Shown: piece after piece, positions 1 to 11,038 of the stretch
Layout of the letters: each line of letters starts with the position of its first letter
Numbering within the stretch: position 1 is the stretch's first letter
NCBI RefSeq assembly: GCF_964355755.1
Contig: NC_092678.1
Span: forward strand, 10,662,352-10,726,351
Origin: Antedon mediterranea
Taxonomy: Eukaryota; Animalia; Echinodermata
Length of the DNA: 64,000 bases
Reading direction: 5' to 3'
Program-made: the position numbers and the translations under genes
The notes under the pieces: generated by a model
The model's database searches: none
The model's input: only the letters and a program-made list of their open reading frames with translations
What the model was told of the DNA's origin: nothing

Positions 1-2556
1 GAAGGTATTCTGAGCACTTTGGTGTTTTTGTGTGAAAAGTTTTAACGAAATGCTCAAAATGGTCTAAAACGGTTTCTAATGTGATTTTAACCACTTTGAT
101 GTTTTTGTGTAACCAAGTTCTTTTCGAAAATCACAAAATGGTCTAAAACGTCTCCAAATGCGATTTGAAGCTTTTCTAAGCACTTTGGTGTTTTTATGTT
201 AAAAAGTTTTTTCGAAAATCACAAAATGGTCTAAAACGTCTCCAAATGTGATTTGAAGCTCTTCTGTACACTTTGATGTTTTGTGTGAAAAAGTTTTGTC
301 GAAATGCTCAAAATGGTCTAAAACGTTTTTAAATACGATATTAAGCTGTTTTGTGCACTTTGATGATTTGTGTGAAAAGTTTTAACGAAATGTTCAAAAT
401 AGTCTAAAACGGTTTCTAATGTGATTTTAAGCACTTTGATGTTTTTGTGTAACCAAGTTTTTTCGAAAATCACAAAATGGTCTAAAACGTCTCCAAATGC
501 GATTTGAAGATATTCTGAGCACTTTGCTGTTTTTATGTTAACATGTTTTTTCGAAAATCACAAAATGGTCTAAAACGTCTCAAAATGCTATTTGAAGGTA
601 TTCTGAGCACTTTGGTGTTTTTGTGTGAAAAGTTTTAACGAAATGCTCAAAATGGTCTAAAACGGTTCTAATGTGATTTGAAACACTTTGATGTTTTGTG
701 TGAAAAAGTTTTGTCAAAATGCTCAAAATGGTCTAAAACGTTTTTAAAACGATATTAAGCTATTTTGTGCTCTTTGATGTTTTTGTATAACCAAGTTTTT
801 TCGAAAATCACAAAATGGTCTAAAACGTCTCCAAATGCGATTTGAAGATATTCTGAGCACTTTGGTGTTTTTATGTTAAAAAGTTTTTTCGAAAATCACA
901 AAATGGTCTAAAACGTCTCCAAATGCGATTTGAAGATATTCTGAGCACTTTGGTGTTTTTATGTTAAAAAGTTTTTTCGAAAATCACAAAATGGTCTAAA
1001 ACGTCTCCAAATGCGATTTGAAGCTATTCTATACACTTTGATGTTTTGTGTTAAAAAGTTTTGTCGAAATGCTCAAAATGGTTTAAAACGTTTTTAAAAC
1101 GATATTAAGCTATTTTGTGCTCTTTGATGTTTTTGTGTAACCAAGTTTCATCGAAATGAACAAAATGGTCTAAAACGTCTCCAAATGCGATTTGAAGCTT
1201 TTCCAAGCACTTTGCTGTTTTTATGTTAACAAGTTTTTTCGAAAATCACAAAATTGTCTAAAACGTCTCAAAATGCGATTTGAAGGTATTCTGAGCACTT
1301 TGGTGTTTTTGTGTGAAAAGTTTTAACGAAAAGCTCAAAATGGTCTAAAACGGTTCTAATGTGATTTTAAGCACTTTGATGTTTTTGTACAACCAAGTTT
1401 CATCGAAATGCTCAAAATGGTCTAAAACGTTTTTAAAACGATATTAAGCTATTTTGTGCTCTTTGATGTTTTTGTGTAACCAAGTTTTTTCGAAAATCAC
1501 AAAATGGTCTAAAACGTCTCCAAATGCGATTTGAAGCTTTTCTAAACACTTTGGTGTTTTTGTGTTAACAAGTTTTTTCGAAAATCACAAAATGGTCTAA
1601 AACGTCTCAAAATGCGATTTGAAGGTATTCTGAGCACTTTGGTGTTTTTGTGTGAAAAGTTTTAACGAAATGCTCAAAATGGTCTAAAACGGTTTCTAAT
1701 GTGATTTTAACCACTTTGATGTTTTTGTGTAACCAAGTTCTTTTCGAAAATCACAAAATGGTCTAAAATGTCTCCAAATGCGATTTGAAGCTTTTCTAAG
1801 CACTTTGGTGTTTTTATGTTAACAAGTTTTTTTGAAAATCACAAAATGGTCTAAAACGTCTCAAAATGCGATTTGAAGGTATTCTGAGCACTTTGGTGTT
1901 TTTGTGTGAAAATTTTTAACGAAATGCTCAAAATGGTCTAAAACGGTTTCTAATGTGATTTTAACCACTTTGATGTTTTTGTGTAACCAAGTTTTTTCGA
2001 AAATCACAAAATGGTCTGAAACGTCTCCAAATGCGATTTGAAGCTTTTCTAAGCACTTTGGTGTTTTTATGTTAACAAGTTTTTTCGAAAATCACAAAAT
2101 GGTCTAAAACGTCTCCAAATGCGATTTGAAGCTATTCTGTACACTTTGATGTTTTGTGTGAAAAGTTTTAACGAAATGCTCAAAATTGTCTAAAACGGTT
2201 TCTAATGTGATTTTAAGCACTTTGATGTTTTTGTAAAACCAAGTTTCATCGAAATGCACAAAATGGTCTAAAACGTCTCCAAATGCGATTTGAAGCTTTT
2301 CCAAGCACTTTGGTGTTTTTATGTTAACAAGGTTTTTCGAAAATCACAAAATGGTCTAAAACGTCTCCAAATGCGATTTGAAGCTTTTCCAAGCACTTTG
2401 CTGTTTTTATGTTAACAAGTTTTTTCGAAAATCACAAAATGGTCTAAAACGTCTCAAAATACGATATTAAGCTGTTTTGTGCACTTTGATGATTTGTGTG
2501 AAAAGTTTTAACGAAATTCTCAAAATGGTCTAAAACGGTTTCTAATGTGATTTTAA

Positions 2557-5500
2557 GCACTTTGATGTTTTTATGTAGCCAAGTTTTTTCGAAAATCACA
2601 AAATGGTCAAAAACGTCTCCAAATGCGATTTGAAGCTTTTCTAAGCACTTTGGTTTTTTTATGTTAACAAGTTTTTTCGAAAATCACAAAATGGTCTAAA
2701 ACGTCTTCAAATGCGATTTGAAGATATTCTGAGCACTTTGGTGTTTTTCTGTTAAAAAGTATTTTCGAAAATCACAAAATGGCCTAAAACGTCTCCAAAT
2801 GCGATTTGAAGCTATTCTGTACACTTTGATGTTTTGTGTGAAAAAGTTTTGTCAAAATGCTCAAAATGGTCTAAAACGTTTTTAAAACGATATTAAGCTA
2901 TTTTGTGCTCTTTGATGTGTTTGTATAACCAAGTTTTTTCGAAAATCACAAAATGGTCTAAAACGTCTCCAAATGCGATTTGAAGCTTTTCCAAGCACTT
3001 TGCTGTTTTTATGTTAACAATTTTTTTCGAAAATCATAAAATGGTCTAAAACGTCTCCAAATGCGATTTGAAGCTATTCTGTACACTTTGATGTTTTGTG
3101 TGAAAAGTTTTGTCGAAATGCTCAAAATGGTCTAAAACGTTTTTAAAACGATATTAAGCTATTTTGTGCTCTTTGATGTTTTTGTGTAACCAAGTTTCAT
3201 CGAAATGAACAAAATGGTCTAAAACGTCTCCAAATGCGATTTGAAGCTTTTCTAAGCACTTTGGTGTTTTTATGTTAACAAGTTTTTTCGAAAATCACAA
3301 AATGGTCTAAAACGTCTCCAAATGCGATTTGAAGATATTCTGAGCACTTTGCTGTTTTTATGTTAACAAGTTTTTTCGAAAATCACAAAATGGTCTAAAA
3401 CGTCTCAAAATGCTATTTGAAGGTATTCTGAGCACTTTGGTGTTTTTGTGTGAAAAGTTTTAACGAAATGCTCAAAATGGTCTAAAACGGTTCTAATGTG
3501 ATTTTAAGCACTTTGATGTTTTTGTATAACCAAGTTTCATCGAAATGCTCAAAATGGTCTAAAACGTTTTTAAAACGATATTAAGCTATTTTGTGCTCTT
3601 TGATGTTTTTGTGTAACGAAGTTTCATCGAAATGAACAAAATGGTCTAAAACGTCTCCAAATGCGATTTGAAGCTTTTCCAAGCACTTTGCTGTTTTTAT
3701 GTTAACAAGTTTTTTCGAAAATCACAAAATGGCCTAAAACGTCTCAAAATGCGATTTCAAGGTATTCTGAGCACTTTGGTGTTTTTGTGTGAAAGGTTTT
3801 AACGAAATGCTCAAAATGGTCTAAAACGGTTTCTAATGTGATTTTAAGCACTTTGATGTTTTTGTATAACCAAGTTTCATCGAAATGCACAAAATGGTCT
3901 AAAACGTCTCCAAATGCGATTTGAAGCTTTTCTAAGCACTTTGCTGTTTTTATGTTAAAAAGTTTTTTCGAAAATCACAAAATGGTCTAAAACGTCTCCA
4001 AATGCGATTTGAAGATATTCTGAGCACTTTGGTGTTTTTATGTTAAAAAGTTTTTTCGAAAATCACAAAATGGTCTAAAACGTCTCCAAATGCGATTTGA
4101 AGATATTCTGAGCACTTTGGTGTTTTTATGTTAAAAAGTTTTTTCGAAAATCACAAAATGGTCTAAAACGTCTCCAAATGCGATTTGAAGCTATTCTGTA
4201 CACTTTGATGTTTTGTGTGAAAAAGTTTTGTCGAAATGCTCAAAATGGTCTAAAACGTTTTTAAAACGATATTAAGCTATTTTGTGCTCTTTGATGTTTT
4301 TGTGTAACCAAGTTTTATCGAAATGAACAAAATGGTCTAAAACGTCTCCAAATGCGATTTGAAGCTTTTCTAAGCACTTTGCTGTTTTTATGTTAACAAG
4401 TTTTTTCGAAAATCACAAAATGGTCTAAAACGTCTCCAAATGCGATTTGAAGATATTCTGAGCACTTTGGTGTTTTTATGTTAAAAAGTTTTTTCGAAAA
4501 TCACAAAATGGTCTAAAACGTCTCCAAATGCGATTTGAAGATATTCTGAGCACTTTGGTGTTTTTATGTTAAAAAGTTTTTTCGAAAATCACAAAATGGT
4601 CTAAAACGTCTCCAAATGCGATTTGAAGCTATTCTGTACACTTTGATGTTTTGTGTGAAAAAGTTTTGTCGAAAGGCTCAAAATGGTCTAAAACGTTTTT
4701 AAAACGATATTAAGCTATTTTGTGCTCTTTGATGTTTTTGTGTAACCAAGTTTTATCGAAATGAACAAAATGGTCTAAAACGTCTCCAAATGCGATTTGA
4801 AGCTTTTCCAAGCACTTTGCTGTTTTTATGTTAACAAGTTTTTTCGAAAATCACAAAATGGTCTAAAACGTCTCAAAATGCGATTTGAAGGTATTCTGAG
4901 CACTTTGGTGTTTTTGTGTGAAAAGTTTTAACGAAATGCTCAAAATTGTCTAAAACGGTTTCTAATGTGATTTTAAGCACTTTGATGTTTTTGTAAAACC
5001 AAGTTTCATCGAAATGAACAAAATGGTCTAAAATGTCTCCAAATGCGATTTGAAGCTTTTCCAAGCACTTTGCTGTTTTTATGTTAACAAGCTTTTTCGA
5101 AAATCACAAAATGGTCTAAAACGTCTCCAAATGCGATTTGAAGATATTCTGAGCACTTTGGTGTTTTTATGTTAAAAAGTTTTTTCGAAAATCACAAAAT
5201 GGTCTAAAACGTCTCCAAATGCGATTTGAAGATATTCTAAGCACTTTGGTGTTTTTATGTTAACAAGTTTTTTCGAAAATCACAAAATGGTCTAAAACGT
5301 CTCCAAATGCGATTTGAAGATATTCTGAGCACTTTGGTGTTTTTCTGTTAAAAAGTATTTTCGAAAATCACAAAATGGTCTAAAACGTCTCCAAATGCAA
5401 TTTGAAGCTATTCTGTACACTTTGATGTTTTGTGTGTAAAAGTTTTGTCAAAAGGCTCAAAATGGTCTAAAACGTTTTTAAAACGATATTAAGCTATTTT

Positions 5501-6968
5501 GTGCTCTTTGATGTTTTTGTATAACCAAGTTTTTTCGAAAATCACAAAATGGTCTAAAACGTCTCCAAATGCGATTTGAAGCTTTTCTAAACACTTTGGT
5601 GTTTTTATGTTAACAAGTTTTTTCGAAAATCACAAAATGGTCTAAAACGTCTCCAAATCCGATTTGAAGCTATTCTGTACACTTTGATGTTTTGTGTGAA
5701 AAAGTTTTGTCGAAATGCTCAAAATGGTCTAAAACGTTTTTAAAACGATATTAAGCTATTTTGTGCTCTTTGATGTTTTTGTGTAACCAAGTTTCATCGA
5801 TATGAACAAAATGGTCTAAAACGTCTCAAAATGCGATTTGAAGGTATTCTGAGCACTTTGGTGTTTTTGGGTGAAAAGTTTTAACGAAATGCTCAAAATG
5901 GTCTAAAACGGTTTCTAATGTGATTTTAAGCACTTTGAAGTATTTGTAAAAACAAGTTTCATCGAAATGCACAAAATAGTCTAAAACGTCTCCAAATGCG
6001 ATTTGAAGCTTTTCTAAGCACTTTGGTGTTTTTATGTTAACAAGTTTTTTCGAAAATCACAAAATGGTCTAAAACGTCTCCAAATGCGATTTGAAGATAT
6101 TCTGAGCACTTTGGTGTTTTTATGTTAAAAAGTATTTTCGAAAATCACAAAATGGTCTAAAACGTCTCCAAATGCGATTTGAAGTTCTTCTGTACACTTT
6201 GATGTTTTGTGTGAAAAAGTTTAGTCGAAATGCTCAAAATGGTCTAAAACGTTTTTAAAACGATATTAAGCTATTTTGTGCTCTTTGATGTTTTTGTGTA
6301 ACCAAGTTTCATCGAAAATCACAAAATGGTCTAAAACGTCTCCAAATGCGATTTGAAGATATTCTGAGCACTTTGGTGTTTTTATGTTAACAAGTTTTTT
6401 CGAAAATCACAAAATGGTCTAAAACGTCTCCAAATGCGATTTGAAGATATTCTGAGCACTTTGGTGTTTTTATGTTAAAAAGTTTTTTCGAAAATCACAA
6501 AATGGTCTAAAACGTCTCCAAATGCGATTTGAAGCTATTCTATACACTTTGATGTTTTGTGTTAAAAAGTTTTGTCGAAATGCTCAAAATGGTTTAAAAC
6601 GTTTTTAAAACGATATTAAGCTATTTTGTGCTCTTTGATGTTTTTGTGTAACCAAGTTTCATCGAAATGAACAAAATGCTCTAAAACGTCTCCAAATGCG
6701 ATTTGAAGCTTTTCCAAGCACTTTGCTGTTTTTATGTTAACAAGTTTTTTCGAAAATCACAAAATTGTCTAAAACGTCTCAAAATGCGATTTGAAGGTAT
6801 TCTGAGCACTTTGGTGTTTTTGTGTGAAAAGTTTTAACGAAAAGCTCAAAATGGTCTAAAACGGTTCTAATGTGATTTTAAGCACTTTGATGTTTTTGTA
6901 CAACCAAGTTTCATCGAAATGCTCAAAATGGTCTAAAACGTTTTTAAAACGATATTAAGCTATTTTGT
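2557..6968 (+). repeat. ~4.4-kb satellite block duplicated at 11332-15743 (offset 8,775)
   Basis: Shared rare variants at a constant offset: GGCCT 2781/11556, GAAAGGCTC 4671/13446, TGCTCTAAA 6677/15452. Identical ORFs at 4873/13648. Confidence 0.9.
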
Positions 6969-9900
6969 GCTCTTTGATGTTTTTGTGTAACCAAGTTTTT
7001 TCGAAAATCACAAAATGGTCTAAAACGTCTCCAAATGCGATTTGAAGCTTTTCTAAGCACTTTGGTGTTTTTATGTTAACAAGTTTTTTCGAAAATCACA
7101 AAATGGTCTAAAACGTCTCAAAATGCGATTTGAAGGTATTCTGAGCACTTTGGTGTTTTTGTGTGAAAAGTTTTAACGAAATGCTCAAAATGGTCTAAAA
7201 CGGTTTCTAATTTGATTTTAACCACTTTGATGTTTTTGTGTAACCAAGTTCTTTTCGAAAATCACAAAATGGTCTAAAACGTCTCCAAATGCGATTTGAA
7301 GCTTTTCTAAGCACTTTGGTGTTTTTATGTTAACAAGTTTTTTCGAAAATCACAAAATGGTCTAAAACGTCTCAAAATGCGATTTGAAGGTATTCTGAGC
7401 ACTTTGGTGTTTTTGTGTGAAAAGTTTTAACGAAATGCTCAAAATGGTCTAAAACGGTTTCTAATGTGATTTTAACAACTTTGATGTTTTTGTGTAACCA
7501 AGTTTTTTCGAAAATCACAAAATGGTCTAAAACGTCTCCAAATGCGATTTGAAGCTTTTCTAAGCACTTTGGTGTTTTTATGTTAACAAGTTTTTTCGAA
7601 AATCACAAAATGGTCTAAAACGTCTCCAAATGCGATTTGAAGATATTCTGAGCACTTTGGTGTTTTTCTGTTAAAAAGTATTTTCGAAAATCACAAAATG
7701 GTCTAAAACGTCTCCAAATGCAATTTGAAGCTATTCTGTACACTTTGATGTTTTGTGTGAAAAAGTTTTGTCAAAATGCTCAAAATGGTCTAAAACGTTT
7801 TTAAAACGATATTAAGCTATTTTGTGCTCTTTGATGTTTTTGTATAACCATGTTTTTTCGAAAATCACAAAATGGTCTAAAACGTCTCCAAATGCGATTT
7901 GAAGCTTTTCTAAACACTTTGGTGTTTTTATGTTAACAAGTTTTTTCGAAAATCACAAAATGGTCTAAAACGTCTCCAAATCCGATTTGAAGCTATTCTG
8001 TACACTTTGATGTTTTGTGTGAAAAAGTTTTGTCGAAATGCTCAAAATGGTCTAAAACGTTTTTAAAACGATATTAAGCTATTTTGTGCTCTTTGATGTT
8101 TTTGTGTAACCAAGTTTCATCGATATGAACAAAATGGTCTAAAACGTCTCAAAATGCGATTTGAAGGTATTCTGAGCACTTTGGTGTTTTTGGGTGAAAA
8201 GTTTTAACGAAATGCTCAAAATGGTCTAAAACGGTTTCTAATGTGATTTTAAGCACTTTGAAGTATTTGTAAAAACAAGTTTCATCGAAATGCACAAAAT
8301 AGTCTAAAACGTCTCCAAATGCGATTTGAAGCTTTTCTAAGCACTTTGGTGTTTTTATGTTAACAAGTTTTTTCGAAAATCACAAAATGGTCTAAAACGT
8401 CTCCAAATGCGATTTGAAGATATTCTGAGCACTTTGGTGTTTTTATGTTAAAAAGTATTTTCGAAAATCACAAAATGGTCTAAAACGTCTCCAAATGCGA
8501 TTTGAAGCTCTTCTGTACACTTTGATGTTTTGTGTGAAAAAGTTTAGTCGAAATGCTCAAAATGGTCTAAAACGTTTTTAAAACGATATTACGCTATTTT
8601 GTGCTCTTTGATGTTTTTGTGTAACCAAGTTTCATCGAAAAGAACAAAATGGTCTAAAACGTCTCCAAATGCGATTTGAAGCTTTTCTAAGCACTTTGGT
8701 GTTTTTATGTTAACAAGTTTTTTCGAAAATCACAAAATGGTCTAAAACGTCTCCAAATGCGATTTGAAGATATTCTGAGCACTTTGCTGTTTTTATGTTA
8801 AGTTTTTTCGAAAATCACAAAATGGTCTAAAACGTCTCAAAATGCTATTTGAAGGTATTCTGAGCACTTTGGTGTTTTTGTGTGAAAAGTTTTAACGAAA
8901 TGCTCAAAATGGTCTAAAACGGTTCTAATGTGATTTTAAGCACTTTGATGTTTTTGTATAACCAAGTTTCATCGAAATGCTCAAAATGGTCTAAAACGTT
9001 TTTAAAACGATATTAAGCTATTTTGTGCTCTTTGATGTTTTTGTGTAACGAAGTTTCATCGAAATGAACAAAATGGTCTAAAACGTCTCCAAATGCGATT
9101 TGAAGCTTTTCCAAGCACTTTGCTGTTTTTATGTTAACAAGTTTTTTCGAAAATCACAAAATGGCCTAAAACGTCTCAAAATGCGATTTCAAGGTATTCT
9201 GAGCACTTTGGTGTTTTTGTGTGAAAGGTTTTAACGAAATGCTCAAAATGGTCTAAAACGGTTTCTAATGTGATTTTAAGCACTTTGATGTTTTTGTATA
9301 ACCAAGTTTCATCGAAATGCACAAAATGGTCTAAAACGTCTCCAAATGCGATTTGAAGCTTTTCTAAGCACTTTGCTGTTTTTATGTTAACAAGTTTTTT
9401 CGAAAATCACAAAATGGTCTAAAACGTCTCCAAATGCGATTTGAAGATATTCTGAGCACTTTGGTGTTTTTATGTTAAAAAGTTTTTTCGAAAATCACAA
9501 AATGGTCTAAAACGTCTCCAAATGCGATTTGAAGATATTCTGAGCACTTTGGTGTTTTTATGTTAAAAAGTTTTTTCGAAAATCACAAAATGGTCTAAAA
9601 CGTCTCCAAATGCGATTTGAAGCTATTCTGTACACTTTGATGTTTTGTGTGAAAAAGTTTTGTCGAAATGCTCAAAATGGTCTAAAACGTTTTTAAAACG
9701 ATATTAAGCTATTTTGTGCTCTTTGATGTTTTTGTGTAACCAAGTTTTATCGAAATGAACAAAATGGTCTAAAACGTCTCCAAATGCGATTTGAAGCTTT
9801 TCCAAGCACTTTGCTGTTTTTATGTTAACAAGTTTTTTCGAAAATCACAAAATGGTCTAAAACGTCTCAAAATGCGATTTGAAGGTATTCTGAGCACTTT

Positions 9901-11038
9901 GGTGTTTTTGTGTGAAAAGTTTTAACGAAATGCTCAAAATTGTCTAAAACGGTTTCTAATGTGATTTTAAGCACTTTGATGTTTTTGTAAAACCAAGTTT
10001 CATCGAAATGAACAAAATGGTCTAAAATGTCTCCAAATGCGATTTGAAGCTTTTCCAAGCACTTTGCTGTTTTTATGTTAACAAGCTTTTTCGAAAATCA
10101 CAAAATGGTCTAAAACGTCTCCAAATGCGATTTGAATATATTCTGAGCACTTTGGTGTTTTTATGTTAAAAAGTTTTTTCGAAAATCACAAAATGGTCTA
10201 AAACGTCTCCAAATGCGATTTGAAGATATTCTGAGCACTTTGGTGTTTTTATGTTAAAAAGTTTTTTCGAAAATCACAAAATGGTCTAAAACGTCTCCAA
10301 ATGCGATTTGAAGCTATTCTGTACACTTTGATGTTTTGTGTGAAAAAGTTTTGTCGAAAAGCTCAAAATGGTTTAAAACGTTTTTAAAACGATATTAAGT
10401 TATTTTGTGCTCTTTGATGTTTTTGTGTAACCAAGTTTCATCGAAATGAACAAAATGGTCTAAAACGTCTCCAAATGCGATTTGAAGCTTTTCCAAGCAC
10501 TTTGCTGTTTTTATGTTAACAAGTTTTTTCGAAAATCACAAAATGGTGTAAAACGTCTCAAAATGCGATTTGAAGGTATTCTGAGCACTTTGGTGTTTTT
10601 GTGTGAAAAGTTTTAACGAAATGCTCAAAATGGTCTAAAACGGTTCTAATGTGATTTTAAGCTATTCTAGACACTTTGATGTTTTGTGTGAAAAAGTTTT
10701 CTCGAAATGCTCAAAATGGTCTAAAACGTTTTCCAATACCATATTAAGCTATTTTGTGCAATTTGATGTTTTTGTGTAACCAAGTTTTTTGAAATGCGAT
10801 TTGAAGATATTCTGAGGACTTTGGTGTTTTTATGTTAAAAAGTTTTTTCGAAAATCACAAAATGGTCTAAAACGTCTCCAAATGCGATTTGAAGATATTC
10901 TGAGCACTTTGGTGTTTTTATGTTAAAAAGTTTTTTCGAAAATCACAAAATGGTCTAAAACGTCTCCAAATGCGATTTGAAGCTATTCTGTACACTTTGA
11001 TGTTTTGTGTGAAAAAGTTTTGTCGAAATGCTCAAAAT
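6920..11038 (+). repeat. ~4.1-kb satellite block duplicated at ~30430-34550 (offset 23,512)
   Basis: Shared rare variants: TTTGATTTT 7211/30723, CCATGT 7851/31363, AAAAGAAC 8641/32153, a 3-bp deletion at 8801/32313, GGTGTA 10545/34057. Identical ORFs at 9867/33379. Block ends are approximate. Confidence 0.9.

Noticed and set aside
886-903. CENP-B box
   Set aside because: TTCG is present but the rest of the motif (TTCGNNNNANNCGGG) is not.
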